In this document: piece after piece, positions 24,701 to 37,318 of the stretch
Layout of the letters: every line of letters begins with the position of its first letter
Numbering within the stretch: the stretch's first letter is position 1
Assembly: GCA_032718475.1 (NCBI GenBank)
Contig: JAUCBJ010002392.1
Span: forward strand, 1-37,566
Direction: 5' to 3'
DNA length: 37,566 nucleotides
Origin: Nemertoderma westbladi
Lineage: Eukaryota; Animalia; Xenacoelomorpha
Program-made: the position numbers and the translations under genes
The notes under the pieces: generated by a model
What the model was told of the DNA's origin: nothing
Databases searched by the model: none
Seen by the model: the letters and a program-made list of their open reading frames with translations, nothing else

Positions 24701-27700
24701 TCGCTTCCATACTGAACTATCTACATCACACCACTCGCTTCCATACTGAACTATCTACATCACACCACTCGCTTCCATACTGAACTATCTACATCACACC
24801 ACTCGCTTCCATACTGAACTATCTACATCACACCACTCGCTTCCATACTGAACTATCTACATCACACCACTCGCTTCCATACTGAACTATCTACATCACA
24901 CCACTCGCTTCCATACTGAACTATCTACATCACACCACTCGCTTCCATACTGAACTATCTACATCACACCACTCGCTTCCATACTGAACTATCTACATCA
25001 CACCACTCGCTTCCATACTGAACTATCTACATCACACCACTCGCTTCCATACTGAACTATCTACATCACACCACTCGCTTCCATACTGAACTATCTACAT
25101 CACACCACTCGCTTCCATACTGAACTATCTACATCACACCACTCGCTTCCATACTGAACTAACTATCTACATCACACCACTCGCTTCCATACTGAACTAC
25201 TATCTACATCACACCACTCGCTTCCATACTGAACTATCTACATCACACCACTCGCTTCCATACTGAACTATCTACATCACACCACTCGCTTCCATACTGA
25301 ACTATCTACATCACACCACTCGCTTCCATACTGAACTATCTACATCACACCACTCGCTTCCATACTGAACTATCTACATCACACCACTCGCTTCCATACT
25401 GAACTATCTACATCACACCACTCGCTTCCATACTGAACTATCTACATCACACCACTCGCTTCCATACTGAACTACTATCTACATCACACCACTCGCTTCC
25501 ATACTGAACTACTATCTACATCACACCACTCGCTTCCATACTGAACTAACTATCTACATCACACCACTCGCTTCCATACTGAACTATCTACATCACACCA
25601 CTCGCTTCCATACTGAACTATCTACATCACACCACTCGCTTCCATACTGAACTAACTATCTACATCACACCACTCGCTTCCATACTGAACTATCTACATC
25701 ACACCACTCGCTTCCATACTGAACTAACTATCTACATCACACCACTCGCTTCCATACTGAACTATCTACATCACACCACTCGCTTCCATACTGAACCTAT
25801 CTACATCACACCACTCGCTTCCATACTGAACTATCTACATCACACCACTCGCTTCCATACTAACTATCTACATCACACCACTCGCTTCCATACTGAACTA
25901 TCTACATCACACCACTCGCTTCCATACTGAACTATCTACATCACACCACTCGCTTCCATACTGAACTAACTATCTACATCACACCACTCGCTTCCATACT
26001 GAACCTATCTACATCACACCACTCGCTTCCATACTAACTATCTACATCACACCACTCGCTTCCATACTGAACTATCTACATCACACCACTCGCTTCCATA
26101 CTGAACTATCTACATCACACCACTCGCTTCCATACTGAACTATCTACATCACACCACTCGCTTCCATACTGAACTATCTACATCACACCACTCGCTTCCA
26201 TACTGAACTATCTACATCACACCACTCGCTTCCATACTGAACTATCTACATCACACCACTCGCTTCCATACTGAACTATCTACATCACACCACTCGCTTC
26301 CATACTGAACTATCTACATCACACCACTCGCTTCCATACTGAACTATCTACATCACACCACTCGCTTCCATACTGAACTATCTACATCACACCACTCGCT
26401 TCCATACTGAACTAACTATATACATCACACCACTCGCTTCCATACTGAACTATCTACATCACACCACTCGCTTCCATACTGAACTATCTACATCACACCA
26501 CTCGCTTCCATACTGAACTATCTACATCACACCACTCGCTTCCATACTGAACTATCTACATCACACCACTCGCTTCCATACTGAACTATCTACATCACAC
26601 CACTCGCTTCCATACTGAACTATCTACATCACACCACTCGCTTCCATACTGAACTATCTACATCACACCACTCGCTTCCATACTGAACTATCTACATCAC
26701 ACCACTCGCTTCCATACTGAACTAACTATATACATCACACCACTCGCTTCCATACTGAACTATCTACATCACACCACTCGCTTCCATACTGAACTATCTA
26801 CATCACACCACTCGCTTCCATACTGAACTATCTACATCACACCACTCGCTTCCATACTGAACCATCTACATCACACCACTCGCTTCCATACTGAACTAAC
26901 TATATACATCACACCACTCGCTTCCATACTGAACTATCTACATCACACCACTCGCTTCCATACTGAACTATCTACATCACACCACTCGCTTCCATACTGA
27001 ACCATCTACATCACACCACTCGCTTCCATACTGAACCATCTACATCACACCACTCGCTTCCATACTGAACCATCTACATCACACCACTCGCTTCCATACT
27101 GAACTAACTATATACATCACACCACTCGCTTCCATACTGAACCATCTACATCACACCACTCGCTTCCATACTGAACCATCTACATCACACCACTCGCTTC
27201 CATACTGAACTATCTACATCACACCACTCGCTTCCATACTGAACTATCTACATCACACCACTCGCTTCCATACTGAACCATCTACATCACACCACTCGCT
27301 TCCATACTGAACTATCTACATCACACCACTCGCTTCCATACTGAACCATCTACATCACACCACTCGCTTCCATACTAACTATCTACATCACACCACTCGC
27401 TTCCATACTAACTATCTACATCACACCACTCGCTTCCATACTGAACTATATACATCACACCACTCGCTTCCATACTGAACTATCTACATCACACCACTCG
27501 CTTCCATACTGAACTAACTATCTACATCACACCACTCGCTTCCATACTGAACCATCTACATCACACCACTCGCTTCCATACTAACTATCTACATCACACC
27601 ACTCGCTTCCATACTGAACTATCTACATCACACCACTCGCTTCCATACTGAACTATCTACATCACACCACTCGCTTCCATACTGAACTATCTACATCACA

Positions 27701-30700
27701 CCACTCGCTTCCATACTGAACTATCTACATCACACCACTCGCTTCCATACTAACTATCTACATCACACCACTCGCTTCCATACTGAACTATCTACATCAC
27801 ACCACTCGCTTCCATACTGAACTATCTACATCACACCACTCGCTTCCATACTGAACTATCTACATCACACCACTCGCTTCCATACTGAACTATCTACATC
27901 ACACCACTCGCTTCCATACTGAACTATCTACATCACACCACTCGCTTCCATACTGAACTAACTATATACATCACACCACTCGCTTCCATACTGAACTATC
28001 TACATCACACCACTCGCTTCCATACTGAACTATCTACATCACACCACTCGCTTCCATACTGAACTATCTACATCACACCACTCGCTTCCATACTGAACTA
28101 TCTACATCACACCACTCGCTTCCATACTGAACTATCTACATCACACCACTCGCTTCCATACTGAACTATCTACATCACACCACTCGCTTCCATACTGAAC
28201 TATCTACATCACACCACTCGCTTCCATACTGAACTAACTATATACATCACACCACTCGCTTCCATACTGAACTATCTACATCACACCACTCGCTTCCATA
28301 CTGAACTATCTACATCACACCACTCGCTTCCATACTGAACTATCTACATCACACCACTCGCTTCCATACTGAACCATCTACATCACACCACTCGCTTCCA
28401 TACTGAACTAACTATATACATCACACCACTCGCTTCCATACTGAACTATCTACATCACACCACTCGCTTCCATACTGAACTATCTACATCACACCACTCG
28501 CTTCCATACTGAACCATCTACATCACACCACTCGCTTCCATACTGAACCATCTACATCACACCACTCGCTTCCATACTGAACCATCTACATCACACCACT
28601 CGCTTCCATACTGAACTAACTATATACATCACACCACTCGCTTCCATACTGAACCATCTACATCACACCACTCGCTTCCATACTGAACCATCTACATCAC
28701 ACCACTCGCTTCCATACTGAACTATCTACATCACACCACTCGCTTATATACTGAACCATCTACATCACACCACTCGCTTCCATACTGAACTATCTACATC
28801 ACACCACTCGCTTCCATACTGAACTATCTACATCACACCACTCGCTTCCATACTGAACCATCTACATCACACCACTCGCTTCCATACTGAACTATCTACA
28901 TCACACCACTCGCTTCCATACTGAACTATCTACATCACACCACTCGCTTCCATACTGAACCATCTACATCACACCACTCGCTTCCATACTGAACTATCTA
29001 CATCACACCACTCGCTTCCATACTGAACTATCTACATCACACCACTCGCTTCCATACTGAACCATCTACATCACACCACTCGCTTCCATACTGAACTAAC
29101 TATATACATCACACCACTCGCTTCCATACTGAACTATCTACATCACACCACTCGCTTATATACTGAACCATCTACATCACACCACTCGCTTCCATACTGA
29201 ACTATCTACATCACACCACTCGCTTCCATACTGAACTAACTATCTACATCACACCACTCGCTTCCATACTGAACCATCTACATCACACCACTCGCTTCCA
29301 TACTAACTATATACATCACACCACTCGCTTCCATACTGAACCATCTACATCACACCACTCGCTTCCATACTGAACTATCTACATCACACCACTCGCTTCC
29401 ATACTGAACCATCTACATCACACCACTCGCTTCCATACTAACTATATACATCACACCACTCGCTTCCATACTGAACCATCTACATCACACCACTCGCTTC
29501 CATACTAACTATATACATCACACCACTCGCTTCCATACTGAACCATCTACATCACACCACTCGCTTCCATACTAACTATATACATCACACCACTCGCTTC
29601 CATACTGAACCATCTACATCACACCACTCGCTTCCATACTAACTATATACATCACACCACTCGCTTCCATACTGAACCATCTACATCACACCACTCGCTT
29701 CCATACTGAACCATCTACATCACACCACTCGCTTCCATACTGAACCATCTACATCACACCACTCGCTTCCATACTGAACCATCTACATCACACCACTCGC
29801 TTCCATACTGAACTAACTATATACATCACACCACTCGCTTCCATACTGAACCATCTACATCACACCACTCGCTTCCATACTGAACTATCTACATCACACC
29901 ACTCGCTTCCATACTGAACTATCTACATCACACCACTCGCTTCCATACTGAACCATCTACATCACACCACTCGCTTCCATACTGAACTAACTATATACAT
30001 CACACCACTCGCTTCCATACTGAACTATCTACATCACACCACTCGCTTCCATACTGAACCATCTACATCACACCACTCGCTTCCATACTAACTATATACA
30101 TCACACCACTCGCTTCCATACTGAACCATCTACATCACACCACTCGCTTCCATACTGAACTATCTACATCACACCACTCGCTTCCATACTGAACCATCTA
30201 CATCACACCACTCGCTTCCATACTAACTATATACATCACACCACTCGCTTCCATACTGAACCATCTACATCACACCACTCGCTTCCATACTAACTATATA
30301 CATCACACCACTCGCTTCCATACTGAACCATCTACATCACACCACTCGCTTCCATACTAACTATATACATCACACCACTCGCTTCCATACTGAACCATCT
30401 ACATCACACCACTCGCTTCCATACTAACTATATACATCACACCACTCGCTTCCATACTGAACCATCTACATCACACCACTCGCTTCCATACTGAACTATC
30501 TACATCACACCACTCGCTTCCATACTGAACCATCTACATCACACCACTCGCTTCCATACTGAACTATCTACATCACACCACTCGCTTCCATACTGAACTA
30601 ACTATATACATCACACCACTCGCTTCCATACTGAACTATCTACATCACACCACTCGCTTCCATACTAACTATCTACATCACACCACTCGCTTCCATACTG

Positions 30701-30833
30701 AACTATCTACATCACACCACTCGCTTCCATACTGAACTATCTACATCACACCACTCGCTTCCATACTGAACTATCTACATCACACCACTCGCTTCCATAC
30801 TAACTATCTACATCACACCACTCGTTTCCATAC
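15769..30833. repeat. 34-bp satellite array (CACACCACTCGCTTCCATACTGAACTATCTACAT), ~400 units
   Basis: Continuous head-to-tail units of 33-38 bp covering ~13.7 kb, excluding the 16622-18022 insertion. Confidence 0.99.
16622..18022. mobile_element. hAT-type non-autonomous element, 1401 bp, inside the satellite
   Basis: Perfect 15-bp TIRs TAGTGTTGAGAACTG / CAGTTCTCAACACTA. 8-bp TSD CACACCAC (16614-16621, 18023-18030). Subterminal (AACTGT/AACTGA)n arrays. Confidence 0.93.
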
Positions 30834-31199
30834 CATAATTGGTATCACATCTTCACTCCACCACCATCATCATCATGTAGCTAGCTATTCATCCATATTA
30901 CGCAGTCCGAAGGAACATATAAGATATTGTAAAAATATTGATTTTACAGTCGTCGCTCGACAAACAAAGCAGCGGGGAATTATATATTGTATAATTCCGC
31001 AGCATTGTACTGGTGGGTGTAAATCGATGCCAACATCTTTATTTATTATGTGATGAATGATGGAAGATTGCAGAATTATTTAATTAATTTAATTTAATTG
31101 TTTACTTCAGCGTAAAAGCCATATCTAAAAACTATGGTGCACAAATTTAAAATAGGAATATATCAAGTAAAATAAATTAAGTAAAAATAAAATAATAAT

Positions 31200-31945
31200 C
31201 AGACACATCGCATGTTGTAAGTACTATATGTAGCAGATGTAACACACCAATTTGTTACGCATGCACGAGATTAAATAATTATTAGATTTATTTACAAGAA
31301 TATGAAGGATAAAACAGGACCATTTAAAAATTTCAGTAAAAGATCGGATATTAAGATCACGTAGCATTAAAGTGGCATGGCACTATTAATTTCTTGAGTT
31401 TCTCCGTTGCACAGCAGAATGTGAATGAGCAGAATGCCTTACACAATTAGTTCGAGCTACGCTGGTTTTATAATGATATGACTGGAGAGAGTAAATGTCA
31501 GACCACAGTGAACAACAGTAAATATTTGAACAAAAAGTGTTGAATAATATTACCTTAACGCGATCTGAACAATTACCAAATCTCCTAATGACCATATTAG
31601 TTCTAGAATAAAAGGATCCGGTTTGGTCGATAATATCGGCGACATCAGATAAATCTCTTGAAATTATATGGCCTAGGTATTTAAAATTATCAACATAAGT
31701 TCAATATTCTAGAATCTAAGAATATAGAAGCAGGTGTATAAATAGTATAAATAGTGACGTATGTTTGCTCTGAAGAAACATGCACTTAGATTTCTTTGCA
31801 TCGAATGACATACAGTGTTCCGTAGCAAATGATACACATATATTCAATAGGGATTGCAGTGTACAAGGATTTATGGTAATAATGCAAATATCATCTGCAT
31901 AAATTAAACGGTTGATTACTGAACCATCTAAAGTGCAGCCTAGTT
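31200..31945 (-). mobile_element. Degenerate RTE-X-like LINE 3' fragment
   Basis: LIYADDICII...LQSLLNIC...FDAKKSKCM, FKYLGHIISRDLSD, NMVIRRFGNCSDRVKVILFNTFCSNIYCCSLW. Boundaries approximate. Confidence 0.85.
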
Positions 31946-31949
31946 CAGA

Positions 31950-32734
31950 AGCGTTTATTATTTTACTTATTCCATTGAATTCAGAACCCTCACAACCCCG
32001 AATAACGAAAGACTCAAGGTGACACAATCAATTGATATATTTGATGGATTTCAATATTTTGTGCTGGCACCATACAAGTTTGAGATGACTAGTTAGATAA
32101 TAATTTATTCCATTGAATTCAGAGTCTCCATAAACCTCTAAAAAGAGAGAAATAAGTTATCACAATCAATTGAACAATTGAATGTATTTTCAAAAGTTGT
32201 GCTGGCATCAAATTTTGCACACAGCATGGAAAATTACTTGAATTGATACCCCTGGTGCAACTGGATATATTCCATCGAAATCAGAACCTCAAAAATCCCA
32301 TATTGTGCAAAAACCAGGTTCAAGCAATCAATTTACAAAATTTACACATTTCAAAATTTGGTGCTGGCACCAAAATTTGGCACCGCCGAAAAAAAACAAG
32401 TTTGAAATTTCTAAATTTATTTATATGAATTCCATCTAATTGCAAACACCAAAAAACCGGTTTTAAATCATAAACCAAGTTACAAATCATATTTCTTGCA
32501 AAGTAATTTTAAAAAAAACCCTCAAAAAAGTGCCAAAAGTAGGGTTGAAAAATGGTGCTATAACTCGAAAACTTCCTAATATTTTTAAAACTATTTTCAC
32601 TATAAGTAAGACATTTGGAAGATAAAATAGGAAGATTTTTAGGAAAAGTCATTAAATTTCAGATTCCCAACTGCGTTTGTTTCTGAGTTAACACAAAAAA
32701 CCATGGGGGGAGGGGGGAATCATCTTTAATAGGG
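31950..32734. mobile_element. Truncated TTAA-targeting (piggyBac-like) element with ~140-160-bp internal tandem repeats
   Basis: Ends ATAGGG|TTAA (TTAA at 32735-32738), cutting the Penelope frame. Degenerate units TTCCAT..AA.TCAGA...CAATCAATT...GTGCTGGCA.CA at ~31970, 32108 and 32270. Confidence 0.6.
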
Positions 32735-32738
32735 TTAA

Positions 32739-33060
32739 AGATGCGATGGAATATACCACGAACTACACCACGTCTGAAAGACTCAAGCGCCGTTGAAAGT
32801 GCATAGTCAACTCGAGTGACAACAAAATCAAGAAAGGACAAGAGGCCCTCTTCCTCCATCTCAAGGGTATGCTTGAGATTGGGATTGGGGTCATTGACTT
32901 CTACCAGCTTCTCAGTGGGATCGTTACTGCCAACGCTAAATACATCATCAACGTACCTATCACTAAGCTTGGTGCCAGAACCGATCCTCCCGTCGAGGAG
33001 GATCGATCCAAGGGACTCCCTTACGAAACGTTAGTGGCACAGTTCGGAGTGAGGATGGAA
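32739..33060 (-). mobile_element. Penelope-like element RT remnant
   Basis: NVS*GSPL, RYVDDVF (32944-32958), NPNLKHTLEMEEEGLLSFLDFVVTR, then GVVRGIFHRIF after an apparent deletion. Confidence 0.85.
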
Positions 33061-33790
33061 TAGTCCAACGTGAGACTGTTGAGTTGGTGTTCAGACAACC
33101 ACATCATGACACACTGCGGCGAGCCCAATACACGTTGGCTGACTGACTGGCATAAATTGTTTAAACATTTAAAGTAATTGCTAGACAAAAGCTTACAAAA
33201 GCTTTAAATGTATTGCATTCAAACACGCAAGCCGAAAGCACACAAGCAAAAACATGATTGGCGTAAAAGTTTGTTGTGCTGCTTCCCAGTGGTTAGTTAC
33301 CTACCTTACAGAGCTCTCTCTTCATTTCAATACCCATTCTGTCTCCCTTTGTGAATTTCTCTCTACAATTCCTTGCTTGGCCTCCTGAAAAATGCCTTCA
33401 GCTGCGGTTGGCTAATAGGCTTACCGGGAATTGTGCTGTGTAGCACTTTATGTAGCTAAATCGACAAAACTGAACACAATTTGGCGTCTACAGTACATGT
33501 ACTGGTGGTGTACAATAGGTATAATCACCAAGCACTGGGTACTGCATGAGTATCAGCCGTGTAAAGCTTTCTCACCTGATGTATAAAGTTTTCCTACCTG
33601 CCATTACAATTTATCTTACATTGCTTGTGTGAATTTCTCTCACCTGCCTTATAAATTCGATGCCAATTCCTCCTGAGTTACATAACACAGTTGGCCTAAT
33701 GCAGTAATATATCAATTTTGATTGATTAAAATACTATTTACAGGAATTTTAAATAAATTCTAAATCATTATTGAGGTAATACGTTGCAAT

Positions 33791-33999
33791 ATGGCAATAA
33801 ATTCACTTCTACTTATTGTCATGGTAGTCAGTATGAGCTGCGCTACAGATCTAGACCCATGTGATCCTCTCATAGAGCTGTACCCAGAGGACAACCTCGG
33901 CGGAGAGAAAGTGGAAATCTCTACCAAAACCAACACGGAGCAGTTAGCTGCACTAAACATGAGTGATGCAGTTGTTTCAGTCGACGTAAAGTGTGGCAC
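33791..33999 (+). CDS. Secreted beta/gamma-crystallin domain protein, coding exon 1 (signal peptide + Greek key 1)
   Basis: MAINSLLLIVMVVSMSCA signal-like segment; LIELYPEDNLGGEKVEI...LNMSDAVVSVDVKCG; phase-2 donor AC|GTAAGT. Confidence 0.88.
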
Positions 34000-34159
34000 G
34001 TAAGTTCCAATAATCTAATAATAAATTATTACAGTATTTGGTTAGTATAAATGGTGAAATAGAATAAAATTAGTCATTAAGTGATAATTATGGAGCCCCT
34101 CTAAAAGGACATCATACTTTTTTTTTATTTTACCACATTATTTGATGGTGATTAGAAGT

Positions 34160-34720
34160 TTTATGGACATTCCTCTAGGGTGACACACTTACACCATCTT
34201 ATTCATAATTCTGGTTGACTATTTGGCAATATGGTAAGTCCTTAGATCATCATAATGATGATAGGGGTAATGCTAATGGTAACACCAAAAGTCGAGGAAA
34301 TCCAGCCTAGTACCTAACTGATCTAGACTTTGCCGATGACTAAAGAGTGCTCTCAGAATCTTTATTATGGAGCCCAACGGCTCCTCAGATTATTAGAACA
34401 GGCTGCTTCTAATTTTGGACTTCTTGTTAAATTCAAGAAGACCAAAATTTTGATAGTTAACTTTGATAGTCCTCATGAAATATCTGATCATATGAGCTTA
34501 ATATAACATCAATGGACGACTTCTGAAAACTGACTTTCTTTCAAAAACTCGAATTGAGCATATGGACGACTTCTGTTACCTGGGATCATGGATCTGAAAG
34601 TCAGGTGAGGACCTTCGAATACGTAACGTTAAGGCATGGGCAGCATTGAATGGGCATTCCAATAAATTTGAAGATTTGATTTGGAATAAGATTTGGAAGT
34701 CACAGAGAATACACCGGAAA
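34160..34720 (+). mobile_element. Degenerate RTE-clade LINE RT fragment in intron 1
   Basis: GDTL.P..FIILVDY, YLTDLDFADD, LEQAASNFGLLVKFKKTK, DDFCYLGSWI, KAWAALN, NKIWKS. Confidence 0.85.
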
Positions 34721-35072
34721 CTGGTACCGATTATTTAGTCACCGTTTGTACCAGTTCTACTGCTGCTCAATGGAGTACCATTTTTTTTAAGCCAGCATAG
34801 CATCTCATATGCAGCTTCAATGCAGCAGGCGGATTAAAGATATATCTAATTGTTTACAAAGTGTCTAAACAATAGTCTTCCCGATCTAGTACCACAAGTC
34901 CCAGCTACTGCCATGAGCCCCTAGCTACTACCACAGTCCTAGATATCATGAGTCATAGGTAGCACAAGATCAAGAGTTTTTATATAATTAAAATGTAGTC
35001 ATAGTACACTGCAAATCTAAAAATTTTGGGCTAATTCTGGAACATAATTAATAATTGGATTTCTATTTCTAG

Positions 35073-35227
35073 ATGGATACTTTACGAAAACGAGTTTGAC
35101 GGGGTTACTGATATTCTAGAACCGGGGAGCTATTCATCAGTCCTCCTGTCTACTTCTAATATAATGAGCTCTCTGAGAGTCATACCAGAACACGGAATCA
35201 TATTATTCCATGAGCCATTCTACTCAG
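35073..35227 (+). CDS. Beta/gamma-crystallin domain protein, coding exon 2
   Basis: Acceptor TTTCTAG|A, phase-compatible with exon 1. WILYENEFDGVTDILEPGSY...NIMSSLRVIPEHGIILFHEPFYS. Phase-1 donor G|GTACGG. Missing from the ORF track. Confidence 0.92.
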
Positions 35228-35363
35228 GTACGGAACCCGAATGTGCTTTTAAATAACAGTGCATTTATAGCGCCAGTAGTGTACGTTGTTATTTATTTTA
35301 TGCGGTCTATTTAGTTTAGAGTTGTACATTGTTATACGGAATACACAGCGGTACTTGATGATT

Positions 35364-35430
35364 AGGTTATATGTTTGTCTCATGTACAGCATTCCAGGTT
35401 TATATGTTTGTCTCATGTACAGCATTCCAG
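35364..35430. repeat. ~32-bp tandem duplication
   Basis: AGGTT(T)ATATGTTTGTCTCATGTACAGCATTCC at 35364 and 35396. Confidence 0.9.
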
Positions 35431-35601
35431 TTTGTCAGTTTGTTGTTAGTCTGTTCTGCAGTAGTGATTACAGGATTACATAAATGCCACAGTCAGGGAC
35501 TGAGAGTTCTGTTTTCCACCTTATTGGCATAGTGGCTGAGATGTTTGTTCAAATCTACGCTACAATCAAATATTATTCACATCAATAGGTCTATATAGGT
35601 T

Positions 35602-36760
35602 TTGTACCTTGACACTTTATATCTGAAGACTCTATTTTACAATTTAGAAAACTTATCTGTGCTTCAAGCCGAGTGTAACAAACTTGACGTATTGGGTGTT
35701 CTCATCAAACCTGAAAAAATTAGTGTAGTTCCACAGTATGTTTCTCCTAGATTCTTAGTCAAATACCAAATGGTGGCAAGAGATTGGTCACTGCCTTTAC
35801 AAATATTTGCCAGTTTTGCTGCGTAATTCCCACTGCTAATGCTAAATGAGATGACATTTTGCACAACCTCCATAGTCTTAACCCTATCCATACCGGGGGG
35901 GGGGGGGGGGGGGGGACTTTTGGAGACGCACTTTATTTGATTGCTTGGTTCAAAGCCAAACCACATTTATTGCAAGTGAAATTCCGTTACTTTTCCTAAA
36001 ATTTATTATTCTTTATCTTAAAACAAAAATTAATTTTCATATTATTATTTATGACCATGAAAATGACACGTAAACTGACCTGTCTCTGAAACTGTCATAT
36101 TATTGCTGAACTATTGTAGGAGGGAAATTTAAAATTCAATCAATTTAATATAAATTTAAAATCAATTTAAACATAATTATAGGATATAAATATTATATTT
36201 GAGCATTAGTGTGTGGCATATTTGAAAAGAGGAATAAATTTTGTATCTAAAACTTTTTACTTTAAAGTAATATCATCACACCACACAAAGTTATATGCTT
36301 CCAAACTTTACGTCCCCAAAAGTCCCCCCCCCCCGGTAGTTTGAGCGTCTAAAGTACCCCGGTATGGATAGGGTTAAGTTTGTTAAAGTCGGATCTTACT
36401 AAGAGTTCTTTTCAAATTCCAGTGGAAGATTCTTCAAAACCCTTTTAGGCACCATAAAACCATTTAAGGGTATACGATCCTTGTGAGGGCAGCTACTGGT
36501 ATGTCTGGAAGTTCAGAATGGTTCGACGAGTTAATGAGCAGTGTTCTGGGTGACTTAGTTCAGGCAGTGACTCTTTATAGATGATAGGTCATATAATGTG
36601 GGAAACACAATTTATGAGCTGTTCAACAATGGGAAATTTTGTTTCAGCGGTTTTCTAATAATAACTTGTCTTTCTGGTAACAAAATTGTAATCACTCCGA
36701 AATCTACTATAATATTATGTTGGGTTTGGAATTCAGGAACTTTGTCCATCAGCAGTCATT
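35602..36760 (+). mobile_element. Degenerate Ty3/Gypsy reverse transcriptase in intron 2, split by a MITE
   Basis: LGVLIKPEK...YVSPRFLVK, PNGGKRLVTAF, DLTKSSFQIP, PFKGIR, GMSGSSEWFDELMSSVLGDL, ITPKSTIILCWVWNSGTL. Confidence 0.85.
35882..36373. mobile_element. piggyBac-like MITE, 492 bp, TTAA TSD
   Basis: TTAA|CCCTATCCATACCGGGG...CCCCGGTATGGATAGGG|TTAA, 17-bp perfect TIR. Subterminal GnACTTTTGG / CCAAAAGTCn inverted pair. Confidence 0.92.
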
Positions 36761-37318
36761 AACTATCTTTTGACAAATATAAATAATTTTTCGATATCAT
36801 TATTATTAGTCAAAAGACATGCCGGTAAAATATGGAGGTAAATATGGAGTAAAATATGCCGGGTTTACAGTATAACTGTAATAATAGCTGTAAATTATGA
36901 CAATAATTTTTAAAAGATATTTTCGAGATCATGCTGAATAATATATAAAAAAGGGGCTTTGAAAATTGAGGGAAGGACATCTTATTTTGGTAATAAAATA
37001 TGCCTGTCAAATATTTTGTTGTCAAATGTTCCCGTTTTGTATTGATTATATTAAACCAAGATTTAATACAATTATACACAGCTGTATATTCCCTCCAATG
37101 AGGTGTGTCCCTGGTTTTAAGGTTAAGTGTGTGTTTGGAAAAACGGTGACGGGGTCAGTCAAAACGATCAAGAATGTAATATTTTCAAAAGTATATTGAC
37201 GAAAATAATGAAATAGAACGGCTTGTTTGTAACACAACATAATATTTGATTGTGTCGAAAGTCCTCTCTCTATCTTCCAACTTTAGGCCTCTTTTCCAAT
37301 TTATCCTAATTGTTGTAG

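Noticed and set aside
15769-30833. CRISPR array (constant repeat + variable spacer)
   Set aside because: The variable parts are 9-14-nt near-identical alleles, not unique spacers. No cas genes; eukaryotic context.
15769-30833. Telomeric repeat, coding repeat or CENP-B box
   Set aside because: Flanked by complex DNA on both sides; 34 is not a multiple of 3 and there are no long ORFs. TTCAGTATGGAAGCGAG matches a CENP-B box only with gaps.
33570-33660. Promoter motifs (CACCTG x2, CTACCTG, TATAAA) for the crystallin gene
   Set aside because: Short motifs are common by chance and the transcription start is unknown.
35280-35480. LTR of the Gypsy remnant
   Set aside because: TG...CA bounds are possible, but no recognisable PBS, TSD or partner LTR.
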